Shown here in pieces: positions 24,701 to 37,988 of a stretch of DNA of 64,000 bases. Every line of letters starts with the position of its first letter. Positions within the stretch are counted from its first letter, which is position 1. Source of the DNA: Trichosphaerium sp. ATCC 40318 (Eukaryota; Protista; Tubulinea); NCBI GenBank assembly GCA_038496445.1, contig JALMLS010000520.1:1-64000 (forward strand), in the 5' to 3' direction. The notes below the pieces were generated by a model. It saw nothing but the letters and a program-made list of their open reading frames with translations. It did no database searches and was not told where the DNA came from. Position numbers and translations under genes: made by a program.

Positions 24701-26019
24701 CCACCACTAAAACGTGCAAGATCTAAAACTATAGATGGCGAAGTAATACTTAATGCGTCTCCGGAATTGGAAGGAGAACTCTTCTCTGGAGATGTCAGCT
24801 ACAATATTTCTTTGAGATTGTTTTCTTTGATTTCGTCTCTGTACAATAATCATTCGAACCTATTACTTAATGGTAGCACAGAAGAAGCACGTGCGTTTAT
24901 TAAAAACGACGAAATGTACACGTGCTTTGAGCAAGAAGTGCCTCAACTCCAACTTCTAAATATCTTTGATTTTGAATCAGAACAAATGAGATTTGTACGG
25001 TTTTTTTTTCCTTTTCTCGATTAACTCCACTCTTTGTTTACATTTTTTTAATCTAAAGGTATTCTTTGTGACTGTATATAATATGTTATCGTTACATGCA
25101 TATATTGAAAGAGGACATCCAGATTCAATGGTAAGAAGCAACTTGTTTTACAAATTATTTTTTGGTTCTCATTTTTTTCCAAAAGCTGAAGCGGTACAAC
25201 TTTACAAAGTCAACAAGTTACAATATTGGTGGCCATCTATTCTCTTTATTTGATATAGAACACTCCATTCTAAGAGCTTCATCATCACCTATGACTGTCA
25301 TGGGTGGATTAAACTTTATTTACACTCCAAGATTCAAGCGCAGTGATCCAAGATATAAACTAATGATGAAGCGACCATGGTGTCGTGTGTCATTTTTGTT
25401 GGTTACACTTTCAGTATCTGGACCTCCACTAAGGTGAGCTTATAGACATTAATACTAAGCCTCTTCAACGTACTGACTTGTTCTTTCAGAGCATTAACTG
25501 TTGATTCTCTTGAGCAGATTTTGGAGTTTGCAACAGCTGATTATTTAAGAAAACATGTAATTGTCGATAAGACTGTACGCCTCCTTCCTTTTGGACACTC
25601 ACTTAGTGCTCTTCAGCTGTATTTTTTTATTGTTATATGCATTAGTGCGCTTTATTCTTAGTTTGTATTTATGTAGGTGGAGCTTCCGAAGCTTCTTGAG
25701 TACTTTAAAAAAGACTTTGGTAATTCTACAAGAGAGGTACTTCAATGGGTTGCATCATACCTTGCAGAAGATGATAAGGTCGCTCTTGTTAAACTTTCAA
25801 CAAGAAGACCTAAGGTTAGATACCCAGTACGTGTAAACTCCACATATCTCTGACCAAGACACATGGCGTCATGTTTGGACCCGGAACATTATTTATTTTT
25901 AGTTTTTTTTTTTTGGTTTGGAGCGTTAATTTTCCTTGTAGGAGTATGATTGCTGTTTTGATTACGATTTCCAGGAGATACCAGATAACTCAACACTGCA
26001 TGATTTTACAAACGCGTGA
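21790..26019 (+). CDS. VPS9 (Rab5-family GEF) + DUF547 protein (multi-exon)
   Basis: VPS9 core GADDLLPLLCHTLV..GKNGYILATLQTVVEYL. DUF547 motifs VYNMLSLHAYI, YNIGGHLFSLFDIEHSILR, SGPPLR and LPKLLEYFKKDFG. Confidence 0.85.
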
Positions 26020-26899
26020 TTTTGATTAACAAGTCTCCTACGGAAGAAAAACCTAATAAGTTTTTTTTTCAAACCCGATGTACTTTAAATAATAATAACT
26101 CAGTAACATAACGCCTAGTTCAATGGATTTTAACTGCAATGACGGCAAAATATAGTAAATTCTACATATTAATTTCTCCTCGGGGCGTGATGTACACGTT
26201 TTAGGACGAAACGACACAAATCATATTTTTTGCTTGCCGACTTGATATTATCCCTCGATAACATTGCGTTATGGATGATGATAATTGGTACTCCTGTTTA
26301 CGAGAATGTTTTGCTTCTAGTGATGGCGTTGATCTTTTTTATTCAATCATTCAATGTATAGCATCTTAATCAATCGGGAGACTTGGAATAAGGAGAGTTG
26401 TACATCTCTTTTCTTGTCGTTGACTATTAGGTAGTTTTTCTTTTTTAGAATATTCCATGTTCGCGAAAATCTCCTTGTTGTCATCATAACCCATCATTAT
26501 GTTATTTAATAACACCTAATGAAGGTGTATTTACCAATACGGAGTTACGGAATGCACTCACTAGCGCTTTTTGGGATTTATGAGTTCGTTTTGCTAATAA
26601 TTACAACTAACTTGCGCGAGAATTCTAACAGAGAATTCATGTTTTCTTCGTGTGTTTTGGTGTCTTTCACTAGAAACTTCGAAGGTGTTCGCTTTAACCC
26701 TGCATAGTTCCAAAAACACGTAGGTTTTTTCCACGACAATTTAAAGTAATTCAATATCACGTGACGCAGTACGAAGCAGCGCTAGTTAAATTCGGAGATA
26801 ATATTCGGACATTTTGATTTTAAGTGAGACTTTAATGTGATTTTTTCACTACACATCTTAACTGCATGCGCCTTTATATTAATAATAAACTGCAAACGC

Positions 26900-27869
26900 A
26901 TGGCTCACGGTTCTGCAAGTAAGCATGCTCTTGTACGCATAGCAATGATGGGACCTCAATCATGCGGAAAGACGGCGCTAGTTTCAATGCTAACTACAGG
27001 AAACTTTGTAGAGACTTATGGTAAGCACAAGCCTTTTGCTTCTTTTCTTTAACGTTTTTCCCGCTGGCCACGTTTTGAAGTTTTTCTTTGATTTCTTGGT
27101 CTTCCTCGAGTCTCACTCTTTTTCGTATAGAGCCTACCATTGAAGACAATCATCACTCAAGCGTTAAAATACGAAAAAAAGATCAAAAAGTTCTTATCAT
27201 TGATACAGCTGGCTCGGAGAGTTCCAAAACTATGAAACAACAATGGGCAAGCCAAGCTCAGGGCATTGTGCTAGTATACGTACGTATTTGTGTTAAAGCG
27301 TCAGCAAAACCTGCAAAAAAAAATTCACATGTGTATCACGTGACACAAAAAAATGTTTCGGTTGTTTTTTTTTGCTTGTTTTTCTCTTTCAAGTTCTTAC
27401 GTTTTTTTTCGTTTAGGATGTTACTAGTAGAAGTTCTTTTGAGGCTATAGACGATGAAAGAAAACTTATCCTACAAGCAAGAAGAACAAAGAAATTCAGG
27501 ATTATTCTCATTGGAAATAAAATTGATAAAACAGTAAGACGAGTTGTTACAACAGCAGAAGGAAGGCTTTACGCTAAAAAAAACAATATGAAGTTCTTTG
27601 AAACTAGTGCTCGGTTCAATACGAATGTGACTAGTCCTTTTGAAGAGGTAGTAAAGTATGTATTGAAGCACGATAAAGGAGGTAGAACAACAAAGTCAAA
27701 GTCAGCAAGACCACATTCTTTACAGAAAGGAAAAAGTTTTAACGGAACAGAGGGAAGGATAAAAAGGGCTCAGAGCGTATCTTCTAGACCTCATAAACTT
27801 AAAAAAGGCTCCAGTTTTTCAAGGATGTCTTTCAGACGACTTGTTTCATCTAAAAGGATGGATGAATGA
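26900..27869 (+). CDS. Ras-family small GTPase with a polybasic tail and no CAAX (3 exons)
   Basis: G1 GPQSCGKT, effector loop YEPTIED, G3 DTAGS, G4 GNKID, G5 ETSAR. Confidence 0.92.
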
Positions 27870-28041
27870 AGCACATTGTAAACTTTTCTCAGGATAATTA
27901 TAAAATAATAAACAACTTGTACACTAGAAAAAAAAAAGCCTTCGCACTCCTAGGAGTTGATCATTGTCGTTTTAGAAATCCCAAACGCAGAGTATATTAG
28001 TAAACGCCATATATTGCCACGGTTCTTGAAAGAGCGAAACT

Positions 28042-30298
28042 ATGTTTTTTTGGATTCCACGTAAGGCTTTTTATTTGAGCAACACGTGTCTCAAGCGTAT
28101 AAGGTACATAAACGGAGCCTTGCTAATAGTTTTATGCCTGATTTTGATTTTATTTTCCTTGTACATGGGCCACACTGCCTTGCTGGATAGTAGCGAATAC
28201 TCTCACCGAACTAAATTGCAGAGATTTAAGTCATCTAATCCACTACCTACAACATGTAATGTCGGTTACCAACAGTTCAGTAAAAAACAAAACCGAATGC
28301 TGTATTATATCTAGATTACCATTAGAATGCCTGTGGATGATTTGGTGGCATATATGGCCTTACAGCCATACAATCCGGTTAACGTCCGTAACAAATCTAT
28401 TTAGAGCGCAACAGCTTATTCCAGTAGTCTGGTTTGTAAAGAATGGTATGAAGCTATTAAACGCGACAGTTTCTGGCACAGCTTGATGCCAATTGGATTT
28501 AAGCTTGAACCAGCGAGCACGTGGAAGAAAAGAGTAAGAAACCATCAAATACGCGTCTTAATGAATTTACTAACAACTCAAAGTGCATGGAAATGTCAGG
28601 AGCGCTACACTGGGAAAGGCACGTGGTCACCACGATACAAGAAAAAAAAAAGCAAAATGCGTAAAACTTGTCCAAAATCACGTGTTCGTACTCTTATTAA
28701 CGTGATTTAGTTGCTTTCAAGATTCTAAAATTATTAAGCGGAATAATTGTATTCCAGGATGTATTACAGAGATCCACCAGGATGGATTTGGTGCAGTAAT
28801 TATACTTCAAAAGTACAACGATGTTAGTGAACTGCATATTTTTAAAGAAGGCGAAGGAGAAGTTTTTGAAAAAAACATTGACGACATAGTAGTCACGTAC
28901 CTAAACCGTAAGTACATCATATACTACAATGATACATTACAAAGACTTTACAGAAACATTTTATCTTCTCATCACATACAGTCAACGTACACACATAGTG
29001 GAGTTGACTAGCCATCGTAACAATTTTTTTTTTGTGTGTTTTTTTTTGCTAACTAAAATGTAGCTTATACAAAAGAACTGACAATAGCCAAAATGAACAG
29101 AAAAACAAACGGAAATATCCACCTCTTCAGATTAGGAAATATCAAAGAACCCTATAGGCGGTTAAATACAAACATTGGATCCAACTCCATTGATGAACTG
29201 AATAAGCGCCTTTATTCAATAATCGTGAACCATAAGTGTGTTGTTGTGGTACGTCTATCAATATCGGTGCGATATTTAACAGTTAAATACCAAAAAAAGG
29301 TTTTGAGGGTGACACAAGAGAGAAACACAGATACAAGTTTTTTAATTTTATATTTTCCTTTCATTGAAGAAGAAGGTCCAATGTATGTTGCTATTTTCTT
29401 TAAATATTAATCTTAATCACTAACTTATTGTCACAAAAGTCCGTTACAAGGTGTTATCATCAACAGATATGGGATGGAGTATACTGATATCCAACTCTTT
29501 GACAACAATGATTCTTTTTTCATCTTAGAAGAAATGCACAGAAAAAAGATCATACAAAGGGTTTCTCTTGGTTCTAGTGATGGACTGAGAAAAACAATGT
29601 TTAAACAAGCCTCACGTCCATTGAGAAAAGCTACTTTACTTTGTTCTTGTTCTGGGCATTCTCATTTCTTGTTGTATCAGAAATCGTTAGCTGGAGTGAC
29701 TAGACTTTCAGTAGCAAGTGTTGGTTTGAATAACTATGGCGAAGCCACAGACATACTATTCCTTCCACACTCGTTTAATAGTGTCACTGAATATGACGCA
29801 AATAGAGGTATGTACTCATGCACTCGTTTTTAAAAAAGATACAGCACACTGTACAGAAAATTGACACAATGCATTTATGCTGTTTTTTTTTCATTTTCTT
29901 TCGTTACGAAAAAGTTGAAGTAGCACGTGTATTTGACGAGTTTTATGCTTGCTCATTTGTATTTTGTTGTAGATACCTTATTAATATGTACGCACTCTTC
30001 AGTTCAACTCTTTCAAGTAAACACCAAAAACTGTTTGTTTAAATGTGGAATATCACAAGGTGTACTTGTTCCTATGTTTTGTCACGTGGATGTTGACAAT
30101 CAACTTATTATTATCTGTGGTGTCCGAGAATGTATTGTATTGAATTCATTTGGTAACAAGATATTATCATTCAGGCATAGTGTTTCTTTGAAGTGTATAA
30201 AACAATTAAACAATACAATTGTATATTACTATAAACACGAAGTATCATCAGATGTTACAAAGCAGCAGGTTTTCAGAATACTTAGAATAAAACTGTAG
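28042..30298 (+). CDS. F-box protein with a beta-rich C-terminal region (multi-exon, start uncertain)
   Basis: RLPLECLWMIWWHI...SLVCKEWYEAIKRDSFWHSL fits the F-box consensus across an intron. Further open exons run to 30298. Confidence 0.65.
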
Positions 30299-31286
30299 AA
30301 ATAAATAATAGCTCTGTCATAGTTTCCCAGAACACATAACTTATTAGCTGAATGACGGATTTGACCTGAAACGTTATTTTATTTTAACTTTAAGCCTACT
30401 CTTAAAAGGGCACTTGACAGATTACAAGTACCTTTATTTTTATGTATTGGTATATTTTCCTTCATCAAGACACCATACACTGGTTATGTATTGGTTTTTC
30501 TTTGTTCTTTGTCAAGCATGGCTTGGCCATGACACTTGTACGTAGTTTTACTATTGTCACTAAAGAAGACGTTGGTCCAAGAGGTACAAGTACTTGGAAA
30601 GATATGGGAAGACCTGCATTCTGGGTGTATCATTTAAACAGCTTCAAAGCATCAGGATCTTTAGCGTAATTAATAATAATGCTGTTTGGAAGTTTAGCCA
30701 TTCTACTAATAAACCAACTTGTTCTTCATCACGTGGTCTATTAATAAAATATTGTAAGTACTGCAAACCATTTTTCGATTGTACTGAAAATGCTATCATA
30801 AATTGTGAATTTGTGGTTTAAGAACAGTATTCACGCGAACTTTAGAAACATTTCATCAAAGAAGAATTCATAAAATCGTATTTCAATGCGCTATGTGACT
30901 TGTAGTTGTGTACCTCTTTAGATACTTCCGAAATGCGTTTTATTTGAACCAGCACTGATGAAAAAACACGTGCAAATCGATAGTAGTTTTTCAAAAACCC
31001 ATCCAAGTGTACAACCGAATCATTTCCAAAATGGCTTACAAACAAAATGGAACATGTAGAGAAAAATAATTGGCTTTTTGGCATAAGTGGTTTCAGATAA
31101 CCTGCTTCTTATATTTTTTTAATAACAGATATACGTCCGTGTTTAAAACAACCAACAGGCAGTATTCACCCAGAAACAAAAAACTCATAGACTATTATCA
31201 AGCAAAACGAGATGAACAAACACAAGTATTTATTCAAGTAACTTTTTTTATCATAAAAGGGTACAAGCACTGGTTTGGGAGCAATC

Positions 31287-31693
31287 TCAGCAACTTCCGC
31301 ATGCTGCTTCACTCCAGCAACACCATTTATCACTTCTGATACGGAAACATAATGGAGATCCTGGGTAGCAGTATGCAGTTGAACCTTGAAAAAACGAAAA
31401 GTAAGTAACCAACATTCGGATACTGTTTTTTTCATTGTTCACGTACATTGACCACGCTTTTCGCGACCGCGTTTACGCCATCCAGGAGGACACCATCCAT
31501 TTGTGTCACACGTTTCGCCACAGAGTAATGGTCCTTGCTAAAGAAATGGTGTGAACAAGAATTCTATGAGGTGGTAAGGAAAGGGATTTACCTCAGTTGC
31601 TCTTTTAGCTCTTTCGTTGAGTTCATTAGATTGGACCGCCAAGGCAAAAGTTAAAGCCACAAGTACAAAGACAATAAGAGTAGTTGTTTTCAT
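31287..31693 (-). CDS. Small secreted cysteine-rich prepropeptide, 96 aa, 3 exons
   Basis: Exons 31693-31592, 31537-31447 and 31384-31287 with GT-AG introns give MKTTTLIVFVLVALTFALAVQSNELNERAKRATEQGPLLCGETCDTNGWCPPGWRKRGREKRGQCSTAYCYPGSPLCFRIRSDKWCCWSEAACGSC*. Confidence 0.85.
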
Positions 31694-32799
31694 CAGGGTT
31701 TACGTTCAAGAATTCGTGAGGTGTTGTTTATGTTGGAAAGTTTTGAGTTTGTGATAGTTTTGAGAAGTGAATTAAATCACATTCTTTACGAGTGCTTTCT
31801 CATAAATATCATAGAGAAGGTAGACAACATTGTTAAAAAGATAGTGTAGTACTATAAATTTCAGGTTTCAAACACTTCTCTTTGCTCATTGCTATGTATT
31901 TCGTGAAAAATTCCAAGATTGTTGTTTATCGTAAACATAGTTGAACTATGCAGGTTTACCATAGAGATTACTGATTTCATGCTAAATTGGTTACTGTAAA
32001 CGTTACTATGCATTACATGTTAATCTTAGAAGGTGGCGGTATAGAATATCTCGCCAGGTACAATTTCTTTCTTTGGCTTTGTAATTTTGAATTCTCCTGT
32101 AGCGTCAACTCATGTAATTCAGAAAATCACGTGCACATCTCACTCTATTTTCTTAAACTTTCTTATCCTTCGCAGTGTTATATATGAGATAGATCCTACA
32201 CTCTTGAACAAATCTAATCAACCTATACGATCTTTGTATTCAATTGTTAGCTATTGCATTTAATTAAGATGTTTGCGTCCAAATTGTATGCTCAAAGTTG
32301 TCCAATACATATTCTAAACTGCCAACATGATAAGAAAAAAATCTACATTATTGAGAACCTTACATATCTCAAAGAATGGCGTGTTTAGCATCAAGTATCA
32401 ACTCATTTCCATTCCCACACTTCGTCCGCATAAAGAATGCCAACAAATTAGCTAAAATATATTTTAGTTGTTAATAAGGTTCTCAATTAGAGGTAATTAT
32501 TGTAAATGACCATATGAATAAACACCAGTCTAATCTTGACACCCTTGTCTATCTTATTCGCACCTGAGTATTAAAGTCATTGATTACGTTTGCCTCATAG
32601 TGAATGACAATCATTATACACAGCTTGCATACATAGAATGTCAATACTTTTTCGAGAGTTACAGATGAGGGTATTTCAGCCATGTCTCGAATAGTTGTTT
32701 GACTTATTTTATTTTGTCCTTACTTCCAGTCAACACCTTTTTTGTTGTGATTCGAGTTCTCGAGAGTTTAGTCTTCCAAAATGAAACATGATTTTTTGA

Positions 32800-33973
32800 T
32801 TACTTAAATATTACTTTCTTGTGCTTTAGCTTTGGTATGGGTGCGTCGTACATTTCTTCATCTTCATCTACAACTGCCATCATCTTTCTTCTTTTCTTCT
32901 TTAGTTTATTCACAGCTACTTTAGTATCACGTTCTCGTTTTTTTCGTTTACATCTAAGTTGCTCTTTCTTTTTTTCACTACGAGGCGATTGTGTGGGTGC
33001 CTTGCATATTTCTTCGTGTTCATCATCATCTTCGTCTTGAAGTATCTTTCTTTTCTCCGTTTTTGGTTTATCCACAGCTACTTTATCACCACATTCTCTC
33101 TGTTGTTGTTGAAGTCTACTTTGCTCTTTCTTTTTTTCAGCAAATGCCAGAAGATCGGATTCCTTTTTAATCAAGTTAGAATCCATTCTAGCGTACTCTC
33201 TTTCACGCACCAAGAATACAATAGCAGGGTATGTCCATTGTGTTTTAACACGTTTGTGGTTGATAGACATGATCTCTGTCTCTGTCAAGCCAAAACCTGT
33301 CGTAGAAAGAGTCAGCCAAACAGAAGAAAACAATTGTTTTCGCACGTTTCTTTGCATGTGTTTTGTATTCAATCCGGTACTTTGGTATATTCCATGTGCA
33401 CGTGCTACATATTGTATTACCAAAAACAAGATGAGATTTCTTCGTCTTGAATCCGCAGTTGTTACAAAAGTTCTTGGACTGAATCCTATGAAGGTAAAAA
33501 AGGTCGGTTGATATTCCAAGAAGGAAGATCAAATAGTGGCTTTTCTAATGCACAAGAATAGACGAAATGAGTTTAAATCCACTATAAAATACGTTTTTTG
33601 TGATGTAGATAACGTACCGACGTAGGAAAACGAGTTTGAAAGACTGCTTTCCTCGATACTTTGGAAATAGTTTTTGATCGTGTAATCTACGCCTAAACTA
33701 ACATTTTAGGAAGTTTTTACAGCGTCTCGTCAACGTTTTGACTTGTACTAACCATATTACATTATCAGAGCCAATTTGATTCCAATGAGAGCACGTGAGC
33801 ACTACAGAGATAACACTCCTGGCATCTAAGTGATAAAACACTTCTAACAACATCTATTTACTTCACGTCAAAACAATTGATCAAACAACGTTATAGCATT
33901 GTAGTACCTCTACAGGGAGCCGCGATATATGTGGTTTCCTTCCCATTGCTTTAAGATGTGCTTTGAAAGCCAT
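32800..33973 (-). CDS. F-box + XPA-like zinc-finger/DNA-binding-type domain + charged tail (multi-exon)
   Basis: Spliced: MAFKAHLKAMGRKPHISRLPVEMLLEVFYHLDA..CSHWNQIGSDNVIW (F-box), then CNNC..FGNTICSTC..KYRIEYKTHAKKRFGLTETEI..VFLVRE, then a Lys/Glu-rich tail. Confidence 0.72.
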
Positions 33974-34140
33974 CTAAGAACAAAAAATGTAAACAAAGGT
34001 TTTCTGTGAAGTGTAACTTCCAAAATAAGGTTAAAGATGTCTGCAAATAGATTTGATAGTAGTTTTTGTGGTTTTTTTTTCTTTGACAATGAACGGGTTT
34101 TTTGATAAACTTTTGTGGCAGAAACTGGTATGACTATTTT

Positions 34141-34713
34141 TGACAAGGATTTGAAGCACTCGTAGACTATCTTGGCATTAGTTCTAACCTATTGCCGGTA
34201 CCAATACTAAAGCAAGACACATTCACAGAACAGTATATTAGCAACAGAAAGTTACACTATTCTCCGTTTAGGTTCAGACAATGATTTTGGATTTGTAGGA
34301 TGTAGTGTGCTGATCGAATGTTTATGACAAAAATGTAATTTGGAAATTAAAAGTCCAAGTACTGCTCTTGACCAATATCTATTCATGGGTATTCTGAGCG
34401 ACTTTGATATAATCATGTTTTCAGATTTCGACAAGCCGACCATGTTACCTTCATCTTATGGATGGAAACGAGATTATATCATAAATCAAGGACAGATTTG
34501 TGGTTCAAAAAACACAGCCAAGGTGATGTCAGAGGAACACGTCGAAACTTTGCTACAGGTACAGTATTATTGAGCATTAATGGGACCACTCTTGGTTTGA
34601 ATAAAAACGGTGAGTCTTACGATATGACTATTCCTAAAGGAAAATGGAGACTACACATTTGCCTGGCTCCTGATTCAAAAGTAACAATAGTAAGCTCTGT
34701 AACTAGAAAATAA
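34141..34713 (+). pseudogene. Decayed BTB-family gene fragment (C-terminal SPRY-like part)
   Basis: Frameshifted pieces (YLFMGILSDFD, TGTVLLSINGTTLG, IPKGKWRLHI) are paralogous to 48064-48957. The BTB core is missing. Confidence 0.82.
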
Positions 34714-34955
34714 AACGTCATCAAGAAACCAAAATACAGTTAGTCTCAACAGTTGGCCTAGAAAACAAGTTGACGTAGAGTTCAGTGTTATTGATGTGGA
34801 AGAGTCAAAATATGATAACACCAACAACAAGAGGTCAAGCTTAGAGTGAATACACTATTTATTCTGAGTAGTTTCTTTTGTCTTTACAAAAGGTCGAGGA
34901 AATCTATGTATCCCTCACGTTTACTCTTAATCACAATATACTATACTTTATAAAA

Positions 34956-35906
34956 TCAATTTATAGAAAGAAGTTCTACATCAAAACATAGAACAGAGTT
35001 TGGTGGAATTCTACAAAAACATATTAGCGATACCGCTTAGAAAAACAAAAAGAAAAAAAACCAAAAAACCGGAAACTTACGCTCCTGGGTATCCCTCCTT
35101 GCCATACGCATATGCTGGTCCACAAATCAAATTAGCACGCTCGCCAAGGCTCATCTATAAGGTATATTAGTCTCATAGCGAAGAGGAAAACCGAAACGAC
35201 GATCAAAATTCCAAAAAAAGAAAAACCGTTTCTAAAAATACGAAAAATAGAATGTAAGTATTTGTTGTACCTTTATTACGCCTTCATCCCATCCTCTAAT
35301 TACTTGGCCACAGCCAAGCTTGAATTTAAACTCTCTGTTCTTATCTCTTGAGCTATCAAACTTATTACCGTCTAGGAACTATGTACACGCTTTAATTAGT
35401 ACGCCAAACCCAGTTTAGAATGCGTACAGTGCCTATGAGTAAAAATAAGCATTAGACTCACGGAGAGGTTAAAAACCCTTGTGATACGTACCAACGTAGT
35501 GCATACTTACTGTTTGGCCTTTTTTAGGGAACGTTTTACCGTCTCCTTCCTTTATTATCAGTTTTTTGAAAGTCCGTACTCTAGCAAACTCCTACGATAC
35601 GTTTTAATATACCCACTATAAGTCAATGGCCAATTGTTGATGAAGTAACAAAACAATCCAAAACACAAAGCAATAATTTCAAGAAAACGCATAGACTCAT
35701 ATCATTGGTTATGAATTCGTACCTTTTTGGCGTTTGTGCATCTGAATTTGTGTTCTGGCCAATCAGCCGTCTAAACACGCCATTAAAACACCCCCAATAG
35801 TGTGTTACTGTACTTGGCATTCGGCAGAACAATAATAGACGCTCTTACAAGAAGTACAGCGCTTATCAGCATTTTTCTCACAGTTGTTATTACAAGACAT
35901 GGCCAT
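34956..35906 (-). CDS. MYND-FKBP fusion, right copy
   Basis: Mirror of 8176-9128 with splice sites intact. The 5-nt exon is at 35428-35432. Confidence 0.9.
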
Positions 35907-36021
35907 TTCAGCTTTTATTTGTGGGTACTTCTTTAGTTTCTTAGAGAGTAAACTAATTTAATTGACCAATGTCCTTTTTAGGGAAGAATGCTCGCTCAAA
36001 AAAAAACAAACGCCACATTCG

Positions 36022-37893
36022 TCAAGAGCTCGGTTTTTTATTAAAACTACTTGTCTTCTTAAATTTGGCGATAAAGAAGCCAATGGTATCTACGTCTGCT
36101 CTTGGATCGAAACGTTGTACCATATTTCTTTCTTTCTCATCTAGTTCTGATGTTTCAAGTCCAGGCTCACCTACAGCTTGAATTAGCACTCCCACGCGAA
36201 TAATTAACGTGTAGAAGTGGCTTCTTTACGCACCCATTACGAAAGGATCCTGGCTTACCAGCTCCAAACAATAACCTTAAATACAATCAACAAAGAAGCA
36301 TAAACAAAGCGGTACTCACCATACTCTTGTAGAGCGAAAAACACAACATTCTCGTTTTCTTCTGGATGAATTGTGCATGTACTGTATACAAGAGTTCCTC
36401 CAGGCTTTAATAGTTGCACAGCAACGTTAAATAGTTTTTTTTGATAATCGTGGTACTGTAACAAGTTATTAAGCGTCATATCATCTCTAAACCGAGGCCT
36501 ATTGCCCAATCCTATCGAAAACACAGTAAACCAACTTATCATTCGAAACGAAACCTCTTGTTAAGTAGTACCTGAGCAAGGTGGATCCAGCAGTATTTTA
36601 TCAAAGTATTCAGCAGGGAATCCTATAGGCGCTTCCTAAGAGAACTGTTAAACAAAATAAAAAGACCAAAAAAAATGTCCAGTTTGTTTTCTGCTTTTAT
36701 CATTCTCGTACTGGGTTAAAAGGTTGTCCATCACTCAATAATGATTTTGATGCGTTCATGTGAAGAGGTGTAACGCTCGTAATACCAAATCTAGCACAGT
36801 TCTTCTTGATTACAGGCACTTTTTTCTTTCTTCTGTCAAGCGCATAAATTGTAGCTTTATCACCACTCAATTGTGCTATATGCGTTGTTTTACCACCTAC
36901 ACAATACGTGAGAATAAAATAAAGGTATGAAGAGGCACTATAGTACCTGGAGCAGCACACATATCTAGAATCGTGTCTCCTGGTTTTGGCTATAAATCTT
37001 ATTACTACGCTGACCAGTGTAATGGCATGTTTGTGTCAGAAACGTACTTCAAGTATTTTTCCTGTTAAAATAGAAGGCAAGTTTTGTAGGAAAGACTCAT
37101 CAGTGTATACCTCTCCAAGAGGTAGATTTGTGTAAATACGGTTGGTCATACGTATGCCAACACCTCTTTTAGTGTTCATTATGACAGCTCTGCTCTGTGA
37201 GACGAGAACATATTTAGACCAAAAAAAAAAGAGTTGATTCAAGGTTACAAGGACGCACAAGTGTTGCTTCTCCAACGCCAACAAAAACATAAGTATCAGC
37301 CGACACATCATTTGTAATTGTTCCTTTAGATACAGACCCAGTCGTATCTGCGTACACGGATACTGGATCATTCTCGTGGACTAACGGGTAAGTAAAGAGG
37401 TGGTTAATGAATTAATACGTACTGTGGTTTGATGCACCAAGAACGCCTACAGCGTATACATCGGCACCTCTAAGAACAGATTCACCTGCTTTTTGGCCAA
37501 TGACGCATTCTTAACAACGGTTTGAGTAACAGATTTACAATAATCCGCGAACGTACTCTTTTCTGGCTTTTCTACGCTATGCGGGCCTGTAGATACTAAT
37601 TGAACGACTTCTGAAATTTTGTTGCTAATTTCGAATTTGATGCCACTAACTGAGAGCTATAAACTCGTTTAAGAATAAACCATCGCGTTGTAAGTGTTTA
37701 TTTGTACCTCTTTTGTAAATTTATCGTTTAATCGTTTACACAGCTCTTCAGGCGTGGTCTTTAATGTATTCGTACGAATAGTCGTGCAAATTGGAGGACA
37801 AGCCAAATGACGCAGAACATCATCTAACCCTTCCTTTGTGTACCATTTTGCTAAGTACTCTTCCACGTCAGGTTCCAGCTGGAGCTTGAGCAT
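36022..37893 (-). CDS. NSUN6: NSUN6-like RNA m5C methyltransferase, right copy
   Basis: Mirror of 6180-8057. The differences I checked are synonymous or intronic. Confidence 0.92.
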
Positions 37894-37988
37894 CGTCAAG
37901 GCTTTTTTAACCACAAAACTGAAATATGGCGAATTTTCTTAATTTGGGTTGTTACGAATCAAAGATACAAGCACTGCAACTTACTAAA

